Source of the DNA: Acidobacteriota bacterium
GTDB lineage: Bacteria; Acidobacteriota; Terriglobia; Terriglobales; Acidobacteriaceae
Assembly (NCBI GenBank): GCA_046567085.1
Contig: JBKICP010000167.1
Location: 3,051 to 67,050 of the forward strand
Length of the DNA stretch: 64,000 bases
Direction: 5' to 3'
Positions within the stretch are counted from its first letter, which is position 1. Each line of letters starts with the position of its first letter. The notes beneath the pieces were generated by a model, which did not search any database, was not told the DNA's origin, and worked only from the letters and a program-made list of their open reading frames with translations. The position numbers and the translations under genes were made by a program. This document shows positions 37,779 to 47,397 of this stretch, piece by piece.

Positions 37779-38219
37779 ATGGCTTATGTCGAACGTATCC
37801 GTGACATGATCGCCCAGCCGCTTCTGGAGGAAATCGTCCGCCAGCGCGTCGCGGCCGGATGGCACCTGGTTTCCGTGGAATGGCGTCGCGAGCTGCCCGA
37901 CTCCGAAATGCCCACCGAAGGTGCATTCCCCGAAGACATTCCCTTCGGCCTGCGCATCTCCGAAGACTGCAAGGGACTGGAGATCGATCCCAACGAGCAG
38001 GCCGCCCTGCTGCAGATGATGGAAATGCTGGTCCAGGATTTTCCGTTCTCCAGCATCGCCAGCGATCTGAACGAGAAGGGTTACCGCACGCGCGAGGGCA
38101 AGCGCTGGAATCCAGTCGCCATCTTCAATATGATTCCGCGTCTCATCGATGTGGGCCCGCGTCTCTTCTCCACCGAAGAATGGGAAGTGCGCCGGCAGAA
38201 GTTCGCCCGCATGATCTGA
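37779..38219 (+). CDS. Stand-alone recombinase-domain (PF07508-like) protein lacking the resolvase catalytic domain
   Basis: Strong RBS GGGAGG. IDPNEQAALLQMMEMLVQDFPFSSIASDLNEKGYRTREGKRWNPVAIFNMI matches the serine-recombinase accessory domain pattern. Confidence 0.6.
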   Translation: MAYVERIRDMIAQPLLEEIVRQRVAAGWHLVSVEWRRELPDSEMPTEGAFPEDIPFGLRISEDCKGLEIDPNEQAALLQMMEMLVQDFPFSSIASDLNEKGYRTREGKRWNPVAIFNMIPRLIDVGPRLFSTEEWEVRRQKFARMI

Positions 38220-38363
38220 CTTCTCCTCCGCTCCTCGGACTTTCGCGCGCGCAGGCAGCTTTCTGTCTCCGCACGGCTCGCATCCTACCTGGAAGTGCGC
38301 GCAATTTTTCGACTCAGTTCTGCGCACGCACGTTCAAATTCCGATACAACCGAGGAGTTTTCC

Positions 38364-39569
38364 ATGAAGGCCATCAGCTATGAGGGCGAGCGCCGCATGG
38401 CGGTTTCCGATCGCCCGAAACCCGAATTGCAGAAGCCCACCGACGCCCTGCTGCGCGTCACCACCACCGGCATCTGCGGCAGCGATCTTCACATGTACGA
38501 CGGTCGAACCCCGCTGGAGAAAGGCACCGTCGTCGGCCACGAGATTATGGGGGTGATTGAAGAAGTTGGCGAAGCCGTCAGCAGTATCCGCAAAGGCGAC
38601 CGCGTCGTTCTGCCCTTTAACGTCGCCTGCGGATTCTGTCACAACTGTACCCGCGGCAACACCCACGCCTGCCTGACCATGAACCAGCAACCCCACGCCG
38701 CCTACGGCTACGCCGGCATGGGGCCCTATCAGGGTGGACAGGCCGAGTATGTCCTCGTCCCTTATGCCGACTTCAATTGCCTCAAGCTTCCCGGCAAGCC
38801 CGGCGACAAGTACGAAGACGATTTCCTGCTCCTGTCCGACGTTTTCCCGACGGCCTATCACGCCACCGAGCTCGCCGCCGTCACTCCCGGCAAAACCGTA
38901 GCTATCTTCGGCGCTGGGCCCGTGGGCCTGCTCGCCGCGCACTGCGCCATCCTGCGCGGCGCCTCCGAGGTTTACATTGTCGATCGCGTGAAGAGCCGCC
39001 TCGACAAAGCACGCGAGCTGGGCGCCATCCCGGTCAACTTCGAAGACGGCGATCCCGTGGAGCAAATCAAAAAGCTCCGCAAAAAGAATTCTGCGCATAT
39101 GTCCACTCTGCGCCCGGGCGAAGCCGACAAGCTCACCGGCGTGGACTGCGCCATCGACGCCGTCGGCTATCAGGTTCACGATCAGTCCCATCCCAACAAG
39201 GAGCGCGGTTCGCAGGCCATCGAGTACTGCGCGAAGATCGTCAATGCCGCCGGCAACATCGCTCTCATCGGCGTCTACATGGCGCCCGATCCCGGCGCGA
39301 AGGACGAGCAGAAAAAGCAGGGCATCTACCCGCTTCCCATCGGCCAGCTCTTCGACAACGCCGTCACCATCGGCATGGGCCAGTGTCCTGTGAAGAAGTA
39401 CAACGAGTACCTGCGCGATCTGATCATTCAGGGCCGCGCCCACCCCGGCAAAATCGTCAGCCACCACATCGGCATTCAGGATGCCCCCGAGGCCTACGAC
39501 AAGTTCGACAAGCGCGTCGAAGGCTACAACAAAATCCTCATTCGCTTCGACGAAGCCATGGCCGCGTAA
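38364..39569 (+). CDS. Zn-dependent alcohol dehydrogenase family, glutathione-independent formaldehyde dehydrogenase-like
   Basis: MKAISYEG start after GAGGAG. GICGSDLHMY, GHEIMGVIEEVG, GAGPVGL Rossmann motif. Confidence 0.8.
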   Translation: MKAISYEGERRMAVSDRPKPELQKPTDALLRVTTTGICGSDLHMYDGRTPLEKGTVVGHEIMGVIEEVGEAVSSIRKGDRVVLPFNVACGFCHNCTRGNTHACLTMNQQPHAAYGYAGMGPYQGGQAEYVLVPYADFNCLKLPGKPGDKYEDDFLLLSDVFPTAYHATELAAVTPGKTVAIFGAGPVGLLAAHCAILRGASEVYIVDRVKSRLDKARELGAIPVNFEDGDPVEQIKKLRKKNSAHMSTLRPGEADKLTGVDCAIDAVGYQVHDQSHPNKERGSQAIEYCAKIVNAAGNIALIGVYMAPDPGAKDEQKKQGIYPLPIGQLFDNAVTIGMGQCPVKKYNEYLRDLIIQGRAHPGKIVSHHIGIQDAPEAYDKFDKRVEGYNKILIRFDEAMAA

Positions 39570-39587
39570 TTACTCATCCGGCACCAC

Positions 39588-39627
39588 GGGCGTCCCGGAT
39601 TCTCGAAACCGGGGATAGGGGACGCCC
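39588..39627. terminator. Hairpin between convergent genes (possible bidirectional terminator)
   Basis: 8-bp stem gggcgtcc/ggacgccc with an inner ccgg/ccgg pairing. No clear U-tract. Confidence 0.4.
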
Positions 39628-39640
39628 AGCAACTGCAGAC

Positions 39641-40309
39641 TCAGGCCGCCTTGCGATGGCTGGGAAGAAACCTCGCAGCCACGCGCAGGTCCGCGACAAA
39701 CGCGGCCCGCGCCTCATGCCGGCTCTCTTCGTTCGGCGCTCGCAAAACCGACGACGGATGCACCGTTGCCAGCACCGGCGGCAGGTCCGCCACCTGCATC
39801 ACCTTCCCGCGCTTCTGTGTGACGCGGAACGAACTCCCCAGCAACGCCTGCGCGGCCGTCGCTCCGAGGCACACCACCAACTCCGGTTCCACCGCCGCCA
39901 TCTCCGCATCGAGCCACGGCCGGCACGCAGCCGTTTCCTTCAGGCTCGGCTTCTTGTGGATGCGCCGTTGGCCCCGCGGCTCCCATTTGAAGTGCTTCAC
40001 CGCATTAGTCACGTAAACATCCTTGCGCTCGATCCCCGCTTCTTCCAGGCAGTGGTTGAGCAGCTGTCCGGCCGGTCCGACGAAGGGCTTGCCCTCAATA
40101 TCTTCCCGATCGCCAGGTTGCTCCCCAACGAGGATCATGCGTGCTTCGCGCCGTCCTTGCCCGAAGACGGTTTGTGTCGCATTTTTGTAAAGAGAGCAAC
40201 CCCGGCAACCTGCCGCGGCCGCGCGCAGGGCGTCGAGACTGCGCCGCGACGAAGCGCTTGTGGGCAGGAACCCGGCAGCCGAGGGCGCGGAACCGGTCTT
40301 CGCGGTCAT
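39641..40309 (-). CDS. udgX: UdgX-type family-4 uracil-DNA glycosylase superfamily protein (uracil-DNA binding/crosslinking)
   Basis: CRGCSLY, GEQPGDRED, VKHFKWEPRGQRRIHKKP (RRIH loop), ATVHPSS. Start could alternatively be ATG 40378. Confidence 0.8.
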   Translation of the reverse strand: MTAKTGSAPSAAGFLPTSASSRRSLDALRAAAAGCRGCSLYKNATQTVFGQGRREARMILVGEQPGDREDIEGKPFVGPAGQLLNHCLEEAGIERKDVYVTNAVKHFKWEPRGQRRIHKKPSLKETAACRPWLDAEMAAVEPELVVCLGATAAQALLGSSFRVTQKRGKVMQVADLPPVLATVHPSSVLRAPNEESRHEARAAFVADLRVAARFLPSHRKAA

Positions 40310-40438
40310 CACTCCATCGGATGCGCTGGCCTCTGCCCGCGCAGCCAGCAAGGGCTTCGTTCCTTCTCGCCCCTGCATCCCAGTGAAGAGAGAGCGTTCG
40401 CGTCTCATTTCACAATCCCCCGCACAGGAGAAACCTGC

Positions 40439-40951
40439 ATGAAAGTCTTTTCCGCGAATCTCGACAATTTGCGCAAGCTTTACATCAATCAGCTGCAGAT
40501 GCTGCTGTCCACCGAACAACAGATCACCGAAGCGCTGCCGAAAATGATCGACAAGTCCGTCGACACGCAGCTCAAGCAGGCCTTTGAATCCCACTTGCAG
40601 GAAACCGAGGTGCACGTGCAACGGCTGGAGCAGATTCTCAACCAGGCCGCGGGCGAAGCAAAATCCGTGAAGTGCAAAACCCTCGCCGCCCTCGTCACCG
40701 AAACCGAAGACATGGTGAAGGATGCCGCCGACGATGCCGTGCGCGATGCCGCGCTCATCTCGGCCGGCCAGCGCGTGGAGCACTTCGAGATTGCCACCTA
40801 CGGCGCGGTCCGCCGCTGGGCGCAGTTGCTCGGCGAGAACGCGCATGTCGAACTTCTTGACAAGACCATCAAAGAAGAAGGACACGCCGACCACCTGCTC
40901 ACCCAGATCGCCGAGCGCGTGAACCCCTACGCACAGAAAGCTGCAGCCTGA
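40439..40951 (+). CDS. DUF892 (YciE/YciF-like) ferritin-like stress protein
   Basis: MKVFSANLDNLRKLYINQLQMLLSTEQQITEALPKMI... and HFEIATYG are typical of DUF892. RBS CAGGAG. Only the last 170 codons of ORF 38777-40951 are real. Confidence 0.8.
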   Translation: MKVFSANLDNLRKLYINQLQMLLSTEQQITEALPKMIDKSVDTQLKQAFESHLQETEVHVQRLEQILNQAAGEAKSVKCKTLAALVTETEDMVKDAADDAVRDAALISAGQRVEHFEIATYGAVRRWAQLLGENAHVELLDKTIKEEGHADHLLTQIAERVNPYAQKAAA

Positions 40952-41072
40952 AACCGTGAGCCGGCGCGAGTCCTCAGGGCTCCGCCGGCCTCCCCAGTCG
41001 TTTTGATCGGTTGCATTCTGCTGTTGCAGAAAAGGCCTGCGGCGCGCAACATCGGGGGAAGAGGACATTCCG

Positions 41073-41582
41073 GTGAAAGCACGGCTTGCTCTTCTCTGCC
41101 TGTTCCTGGTTGCCGTCTGCGCTCAGGCGCAAACGGCTGTCTATGGCGCCTTCAGCGCTTCCAGTTACAACCTGTCTCACAACGGCTGGCAATATGGATC
41201 GACTTTTGGACTGTACTCGCAGCCCTTCGGCGCGCCTTTCGTCCGCGCGGGTTTCGATCTCCGCGTCGCACTCTCGGGAAGCGGGAACGAAACGGTAGAC
41301 AGCTTCCTCGCTGGACCGCGCGCGCAGCTCCATCCTCACGTGTTCCCCGTCATGCCCTACGCGGAAGCGTTAGCAGGGCTGGCCCACGTCAATGTCAGTG
41401 ATGGCGTCACAAATTCGAACGGAAACGGCTTCGTCTATCAGTTCCTCGGCGGGTTGGATATCACCGTTCTGCCTCGCGTGGACTGGCGCGCCATCGAATA
41501 CACCTGGGCCTCCGTCCACTCGCCCCACGCGAACTTCCACCCGCAGACCATCAGCATGGGGATCGTGCTGCGCATGCCCTGA
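41073..41582 (+). CDS. Small outer-membrane beta-barrel protein
   Basis: Signal peptide ending CAQAQ. Alternating hydrophobic strands. C-terminal aromatic/hydrophobic residues (GIVLRMP). Confidence 0.65.
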   Translation: MKARLALLCLFLVAVCAQAQTAVYGAFSASSYNLSHNGWQYGSTFGLYSQPFGAPFVRAGFDLRVALSGSGNETVDSFLAGPRAQLHPHVFPVMPYAEALAGLAHVNVSDGVTNSNGNGFVYQFLGGLDITVLPRVDWRAIEYTWASVHSPHANFHPQTISMGIVLRMP

Positions 41583-41636
41583 GGGGAGGCCCATCGAGTG
41601 CGATAACCAACCGGCCGTGCTTTTGCGTGGAAGCCT

Positions 41637-43448
41637 CTACGCCGTCACCGTCGGATTCCGCCGCGGCCGGCGGTTCGATTGCAGAATCTTCTTCCGCAAC
41701 CGCAGCGACTTCGGCGTCACCTCCACCAGCTCATCGTCGGCAATGAACTCGATCGCCTGTTCCAGATTCATCAGATGCGGCGGCGCCAGCCGAATCGCAT
41801 CGTCTGCCGTCGAAGCACGCATGTTCGTCAGCTTCTTCTCACGCACCACGTTCACGTCCAGATCGTTGTCGCGCGAGTGCTCGCCGATGATCATGCCCTC
41901 ATAGACCTCGACCCCCGGAGGCGTGAAGAGAACGCCGCGGTCCTCGAGACCCTCCAGCGCGTACGCTGTCGTCGTGCCCGGCCGATCCGCCACCAGCGCG
42001 CCCGTCGGCCGCTGCGGAATCTGCCCCTGATGCGGCATGTAGCCGTCGAAGAGCGAGTTCATCACGATCGTCCCGCGCGTCTCCGTCAGCAGCTCGCTGC
42101 GCAGTCCGATCAGCCCCCGCGACGGTACGCGAAACTCCAGACGCACGCGTCCGTACCCATGGTTGTGCATCTTTGTCATCTCGCCGCGCCGCGGTCCGAG
42201 CCGCTCGATCACCACGCCGACAAAATTCTCCGGAATATCGATGGTCAGGTGCTCGACGGGTTCCATCAGCTTCCCGTTCACCTCTTTCGTCACGATCTCC
42301 GGCCGCCCCACCATCAGCTCGTAGCTTTCGCGGCGCATCATCTCGATCAGAATCGCCAGCTGCAGCTCGCCGCGCCCCAGCACCTTGAAGCTGTCCGGGC
42401 TGCCGCTCTCTTCCACGCGCACCGAGACGTTGGTCAGTAGCTCTTTCTCCAGCCGCTCGCGCAGGTTGCGCGACGTCACGTACTGGCCCTCGCGGCCCGC
42501 CATCGGCGAGTTGTTCACCGAGAACTGCATCGCGATCGTCGGCTCGTCGATCACAATCGGCGGCAGCGGCGCCGGATTCTCCGCATCCGTAATCGTCTCC
42601 CCGATGGTGATGCCCTCCACCCCGGCAATCGCCACAATGTCGTCGATCTCCGTCGCCACGATGTCGACCCGCTTCAGTCCGCTGAAGCTGAACATCTTCG
42701 TAATCCGCGTCTTCTGGAGTGATCCGTCGCGCTTTGAAATCGCCACTTCGTCGCCCGTGTGCAGCGTCCCCTGAAAGACGCGCGCAATCGCCAGCCGCCC
42801 CAGATAATCCGAGTAGTCCAGATTCGTCACCTGGATCTGCAGAACCCCGCCGGGATCGCCCTTGCCCGTCGGAATCGTCGCCAGAATCGCATCGAACAGC
42901 GGCATCAGATCCGTGCCGGGGACATTTGGATCGGTGCTCGCCTGCCCCTGCTTAGCATTCGTATACAGAACCGGGAAATCCAGCTGATCCTCGGTCGCGT
43001 CCAGATCGATAAACAGGTCGTAGACCTCGTTCAGCACCTCCTGCGCGCGCGCATCGGGCCGGTCGATTTTGTTGATCACCAGAATCGGCGGCAGCTTCGC
43101 CTCCAGCGCCTTCGACAGCACATAGCGCGTCTGCGGCAGCGGGCCCTCCGATGCGTCAACCAGCAGCATCACCCCGTCAACCATCTTCAGCGCGCGTTCC
43201 ACCTCGCCGCCAAAATCGGCGTGGCCCGGCGTGTCGACGATGTTGATCTTCTCGCCTTTGTAAGAAACGGCCGTGTTCTTGGCCAGAATCGTGATGCCGC
43301 GCTCCCGTTCCAGCTCGTTCGAGTCCATGACTCGTTCGGCAACGGCTTCGTTGGCGCGGAAGGTGCCCGCCTGGCGGAGGAGACCGTCAACCAGCGTGGT
43401 CTTACCGTGATCGACGTGCGCGATGATGGCGATGTTGCGGATGCTCAC
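41637..43448 (-). CDS. typA: Translational GTPase TypA/BipA
   Basis: [22 protein letters not shown]-motifs. Full-length BipA-like sequence. Confidence 0.95.
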   Translation of the reverse strand: MSIRNIAIIAHVDHGKTTLVDGLLRQAGTFRANEAVAERVMDSNELERERGITILAKNTAVSYKGEKINIVDTPGHADFGGEVERALKMVDGVMLLVDASEGPLPQTRYVLSKALEAKLPPILVINKIDRPDARAQEVLNEVYDLFIDLDATEDQLDFPVLYTNAKQGQASTDPNVPGTDLMPLFDAILATIPTGKGDPGGVLQIQVTNLDYSDYLGRLAIARVFQGTLHTGDEVAISKRDGSLQKTRITKMFSFSGLKRVDIVATEIDDIVAIAGVEGITIGETITDAENPAPLPPIVIDEPTIAMQFSVNNSPMAGREGQYVTSRNLRERLEKELLTNVSVRVEESGSPDSFKVLGRGELQLAILIEMMRRESYELMVGRPEIVTKEVNGKLMEPVEHLTIDIPENFVGVVIERLGPRRGEMTKMHNHGYGRVRLEFRVPSRGLIGLRSELLTETRGTIVMNSLFDGYMPHQGQIPQRPTGALVADRPGTTTAYALEGLEDRGVLFTPPGVEVYEGMIIGEHSRDNDLDVNVVREKKLTNMRASTADDAIRLAPPHLMNLEQAIEFIADDELVEVTPKSLRLRKKILQSNRRPRRNPTVTA

Positions 43449-43842
43449 AAGGGTTTCCTGACGGCTGAGATTTCAGCGATGTGAAAGTGAAGTTGTCGAA
43501 GCGGAGAAAGATAGGCCGCAGTTAGGAATGCCGGGCGTCGCCCAGAGCGTCGTCAATCGACGCAAACAGCGCGGCAAGGTCGAGGCGTATTCCCGCCTCG
43601 ACGAAAGGTGCCTGGCGTGGCACGCCACGGACATCCCGTTCTTCCGGATTCCTCTCCTCCACGACCCCATCGACAGAGTCGCAGTCCGGCCGATACCTCG
43701 CGTGCGGATATCCGGTTACGGAAACAGGAAATGGAGTGGCTGCCGCCATACCCTCTAAGTTTACCAATTTTCGGGGCAACGCCCCCCGCCGCAGGCGGCG
43801 TCCAGTAAAGAGAGGGAATCGGGCGCGCTGGGAGGTGATTCG

Positions 43843-44610
43843 ATGCACGGAATTTTTCACCGGACTCTTGCAACCGGAGCCGGTCTTGCTGTTGCCACGA
43901 TGCTCGGCGCAGCCGCCAGGGCGCAGAGCCAGCCGGCAACATCTCCGCAAGCCAGTTCAGCCGCAGCCGCGCCCAGCAGCCCGCAGCATCGCACCATCCA
44001 GATGGTGCAGGCTCAGGCGGAACTGAGCAAAACCCTCGACGCGAAGAAAGCCAGACAGGGCGATCCCGTGACCGCCAAACTCGAGCAGGGCGTGCAGATC
44101 CCCGACGCCCAGGCTCTGCCGAAAAACACGGTCCTCGAAGGCCACATCGATCAGGTGCAGCCCTCTGCACACAAGAGCGATTCCATGGTGACCGTTACCT
44201 TCGACAAAGCAAAGCTGAAGGGCGGGCAGGAACTCCCCATCAAAGCGACGGTGCTTGCCGTGGCTGAACCCGTCATGGCGCAACCGCAGGCAGAAGGCGG
44301 CATGCCCAGCGGCGCGCCCGCTGCCATGCCCAGCAGTTCTCCCTCTGGCGGTGCGCCCGGTGGCGGACCTGCCGCCGGCTCTTCGCAGCCGCAGCAGCCT
44401 CCGCAGCAGTCCATGGATACGCCCTCCGGGAACTCCGGCTCGAAGCAGCCGGCTCAAACGAAGGGCGTCCCCGGCGTCACCCTGAAGAGCGACATCCACG
44501 AGCAGTCATCCGCAACGTTTACATCGAAAGGCAAGAATGTCCATGTGCCCGATGGAACCCAGATGGCCTTTGCTCTGACCATCATCCCTCCAGGCGTCCG
44601 TATCCAGTAA
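43843..44610 (+). CDS. Hypothetical secreted protein with Pro/Gly/Ser/Gln-rich C-terminal region
   Basis: Signal peptide (AVATMLGAAARAQ). Coding-like composition. No family recognised. Confidence 0.55.
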   Translation: MHGIFHRTLATGAGLAVATMLGAAARAQSQPATSPQASSAAAAPSSPQHRTIQMVQAQAELSKTLDAKKARQGDPVTAKLEQGVQIPDAQALPKNTVLEGHIDQVQPSAHKSDSMVTVTFDKAKLKGGQELPIKATVLAVAEPVMAQPQAEGGMPSGAPAAMPSSSPSGGAPGGGPAAGSSQPQQPPQQSMDTPSGNSGSKQPAQTKGVPGVTLKSDIHEQSSATFTSKGKNVHVPDGTQMAFALTIIPPGVRIQ

Positions 44611-44619
44611 ATCGCCCCG

Positions 44620-45825
44620 CTATTCGTACCGCAGCGATTCGATCGGATCCATCGCTGCGGCACGATTCGCGGGCAGCGTTCCAAAAATAATCCCCACGGA
44701 CACCGAAGCCAGCAGGCCCACCAGCGCCGACCATCCTGAAACCGGCACGCGATACGCCGTGAAAAAGCGCACGGAGAAGGGAATTCCCAGCCCGATCACC
44801 GCCCCGATCAGTCCTCCGAACAGAGACACAAACATCGCTTCCATCAGAAACTGCAGCTTGATCTCGCGCCGCGTCGCCCCCAGCGCCTTCCGGATGCCGA
44901 TCTCCCGCGTGCGCGAACGCACCGTCGCCAGCATGATATTCATGATGCCCACGCCACCCACCGCCAGCGTTACGCCGGAGACCAGCAGCAGCATGGCGGT
45001 CAGCGCGTTCACCACCTCCCCGGCCAGCGTAATCAGCGCCGTCATCGTCTGCGTCGTGTACACCGAATTGGGCTGATGCCGCCCGTCGGTCTTCACCGCG
45101 TTCACGATTTCCCGCGCCGCGTTTTCCACGTCGTTCCGGTCGCGGATGGAAAAATAAATCTCCTTCACGTTGTCCGTGCCGCTGAAGTAGCGGCCCACCG
45201 AATAAGGAATCAGAATCGTCTGATTCGCAATCTCCGTCTGCCCGAAGGTCTCCACACGCTCCTTGAACGTGCCGATGATCGTAAAGGGGATCCCGTTGAT
45301 CTGAAAGGTCCCGCCAATCGCCTCTCCCGGACTGCCGAACATCGCGCGCGCGAACGGCTCGGTCACCACCGCCACCTTGCTGTGCGCGCTTTCGTCCTCG
45401 TCGTCGAAGAAGCGGCCGGCCAGCGTTACCAGGTTGCGAACCTGCAGGTACTCCGGCTCAACGCCCAGCACCAGCACCTCGTGCGTGATGCCGCTCAGGC
45501 TGATGTTCTGGTGCATCTCCAGCACCACCGATGATGCCGCAATCGAAGGTACCCGCTCCACGATCGTGTGCTCGTCGTCGTACACCAGGAAGTCCGACTG
45601 AATATTGGTGACCGCCCCGGACCCGCCGCCGGCGTACTCCAGTTCCACCAGGTTGGTGCCGATTCCCTGAATCTGCTTCTGGATGTACTGCCCGCCGGTC
45701 GCCGAAATCGCCACTACCAGAATCACCGAAGCCGTGCCGATGACCATGCCCAGCGCGGTCAGCAGGAAGCGCACCTTCGAGGAGCGAAAGCTGTCGATCG
45801 CCAGCTTCGCGATCTCGCTCAGCAT
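44620..45825 (-). CDS. MacB/FtsX-type ABC transporter permease (no adjacent ATPase)
   Basis: N-terminal TM (FLLTALGMVIGTASVILVVAI), periplasmic MacB_PCD region, and C-terminal FtsX helices (REIGIRKALGA). The ORF may extend to 45891. Confidence 0.85.
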   Translation of the reverse strand: MLSEIAKLAIDSFRSSKVRFLLTALGMVIGTASVILVVAISATGGQYIQKQIQGIGTNLVELEYAGGGSGAVTNIQSDFLVYDDEHTIVERVPSIAASSVVLEMHQNISLSGITHEVLVLGVEPEYLQVRNLVTLAGRFFDDEDESAHSKVAVVTEPFARAMFGSPGEAIGGTFQINGIPFTIIGTFKERVETFGQTEIANQTILIPYSVGRYFSGTDNVKEIYFSIRDRNDVENAAREIVNAVKTDGRHQPNSVYTTQTMTALITLAGEVVNALTAMLLLVSGVTLAVGGVGIMNIMLATVRSRTREIGIRKALGATRREIKLQFLMEAMFVSLFGGLIGAVIGLGIPFSVRFFTAYRVPVSGWSALVGLLASVSVGIIFGTLPANRAAAMDPIESLRYE

Positions 45826-45990
45826 GATCGTCTGGCGCGCACTGGCGATAGTTCGCTCGAAGCTAAGCAGACGTGAGCGTTCGGGGGCCATCTTCTTCTA
45901 CAGGATGCCACACCCGCCCTCCCGGGTTCCGCATTTATCGAACCGGCGTCTTCGCCCCCTCCAATTCCAGCCGGTTGATATCCTGGAGGG

Positions 45991-47376
45991 GTGATCATCA
46001 ACCTCGCCCGGCGCGCGCACGACCACAACTGGGAACTGGATCCGATCATTCGCTCGCTGCTCGACACCGATTTCTACAAGCTGCTCATGCTCCAGTTCAT
46101 CTGGAAGCATTTTTCTCAGACCCAGGTCACCTTCACCCTGATCGATCGCACCCACGAGCAGCGCTACGCCGGCCTCATCGAGATGGACGAGCTCGCCGCG
46201 CAGCTGGATCAGGTCAAAAGCCTCCGCTTCCATAAATCGGAAATCATCTGGCTCGCCGGTAACACTTTCTACGGCAGGCGCGGCATCTTCGAGCCCGCCT
46301 TCCTCGACTGGCTCGAACACCGCTTCCGCCTCTGCGAATACGAGCTCAGCATGCAGGATGGCCGCTTCTCCCTCGCCTTCCACGGCAGCTGGCCCGAGGC
46401 CACCCTGTGGGAGATCTACGCCCTCGCCGTCACCAGCGAACTCAGCACCCGCGCGCACCTCAAGCGCCTCAGCGAACTCGAGCTCGACATCCTCTACGCC
46501 CGCGCCAAAGCAAAACTGTGGGAGAAGATGGAACGCCTCCGCGGAGTTCCCGACCTGCACATCAGCGATTTCGGCACCCGCCGCCGCCACAGCTTTCTCT
46601 GGCAGGAATACGTCGTCACCGCCATGCGCGACGTCCTCGGCGAAAGCTTCCGCGGCACCTCGAACACGTTTCTCGCCTACAAGCACGACGTGGAGGCCAT
46701 CGGAACCAACGCGCACGAGCTGCCTATGGCTCTGGCCGCCATGGCGCGCACGGATGCCGATCTGCAATCGTCACAGTATCGGTTACTGGATCTCTGGCAG
46801 AATACCTACGGCGGCGAGCTCCTCATCCTCCTGCCCGACACCTTCGGCACCACGCAGTTCCTCCGCCACGCGCCGAACTGGGTCGCCGACTGGACCGGCC
46901 AGCGCGCCGACAGCAAAGACCCATTCGTCGCCGGCGAGGAGTACATCGCCTGGCTGGAAGAGCGCGGCCGCGATCCCCGCCGCAAGCTCTTCATCGCCTC
47001 GGACTCCCTCGACGTCGACGACATCCTCCAGCTGCAGGCCACCTTCGCCGGCCGCATCCAGCCCGGCGTCCGCCGCGAAGACTTCCGCCGTGCCGCCGAC
47101 TTCCTCGAGCGCAGCAAGTGGATCCCGGAACGCCGCATTCGCTTCAGCGCCGGCTGGGGCACGCTGCTCACCAACGACTTTCGCGACTGCAACCCCCAGG
47201 GCGGTACCGGATTCGATCCGCCCCGCCTGGTCTGCAAGCTCAACGACGCCGACGGACACCCCGCCGTCAAGCTCTCCGATAACGAAGCGAAAGCCCTCGG
47301 CCCTGCTCCGGAAATCGAACGCTACCGGCGCGTCTTTGGCACAGAAGGAATTTCCGAAAAACCCGTCATCACGTGA
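45991..47376 (+). CDS. pncB: Nicotinate phosphoribosyltransferase
   Basis: LLDTDFYKLLM, DFGTRRRHS, GTSN motifs. GTG start. Confidence 0.9.
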   Translation: MIINLARRAHDHNWELDPIIRSLLDTDFYKLLMLQFIWKHFSQTQVTFTLIDRTHEQRYAGLIEMDELAAQLDQVKSLRFHKSEIIWLAGNTFYGRRGIFEPAFLDWLEHRFRLCEYELSMQDGRFSLAFHGSWPEATLWEIYALAVTSELSTRAHLKRLSELELDILYARAKAKLWEKMERLRGVPDLHISDFGTRRRHSFLWQEYVVTAMRDVLGESFRGTSNTFLAYKHDVEAIGTNAHELPMALAAMARTDADLQSSQYRLLDLWQNTYGGELLILLPDTFGTTQFLRHAPNWVADWTGQRADSKDPFVAGEEYIAWLEERGRDPRRKLFIASDSLDVDDILQLQATFAGRIQPGVRREDFRRAADFLERSKWIPERRIRFSAGWGTLLTNDFRDCNPQGGTGFDPPRLVCKLNDADGHPAVKLSDNEAKALGPAPEIERYRRVFGTEGISEKPVIT

Positions 47377-47397
47377 CGTTTTCTTCCGGCCGTTCCA

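Noticed and set aside
38777-40438. Upstream 550 codons of the 724-aa ORF 38777-40951
   Set aside because: It overlaps the formaldehyde-dehydrogenase-like gene in another frame and the udgX gene in antisense. Only the last 170 codons (DUF892, with its own RBS and ATG at 40439) are credible.
40960-41004. Intrinsic terminator after the DUF892 gene
   Set aside because: A 7-bp stem gccggcg/cgccggc is present. The T-run lies 11 nt beyond the stem and the loop is large, so support is too weak to list as a feature.
40310-41068. N-terminal extension of ORF 39641-41068 upstream of udgX
   Set aside because: It is antisense to the DUF892 gene and has no homology. The UdgX-like sequence begins near MTAKTG (40309).
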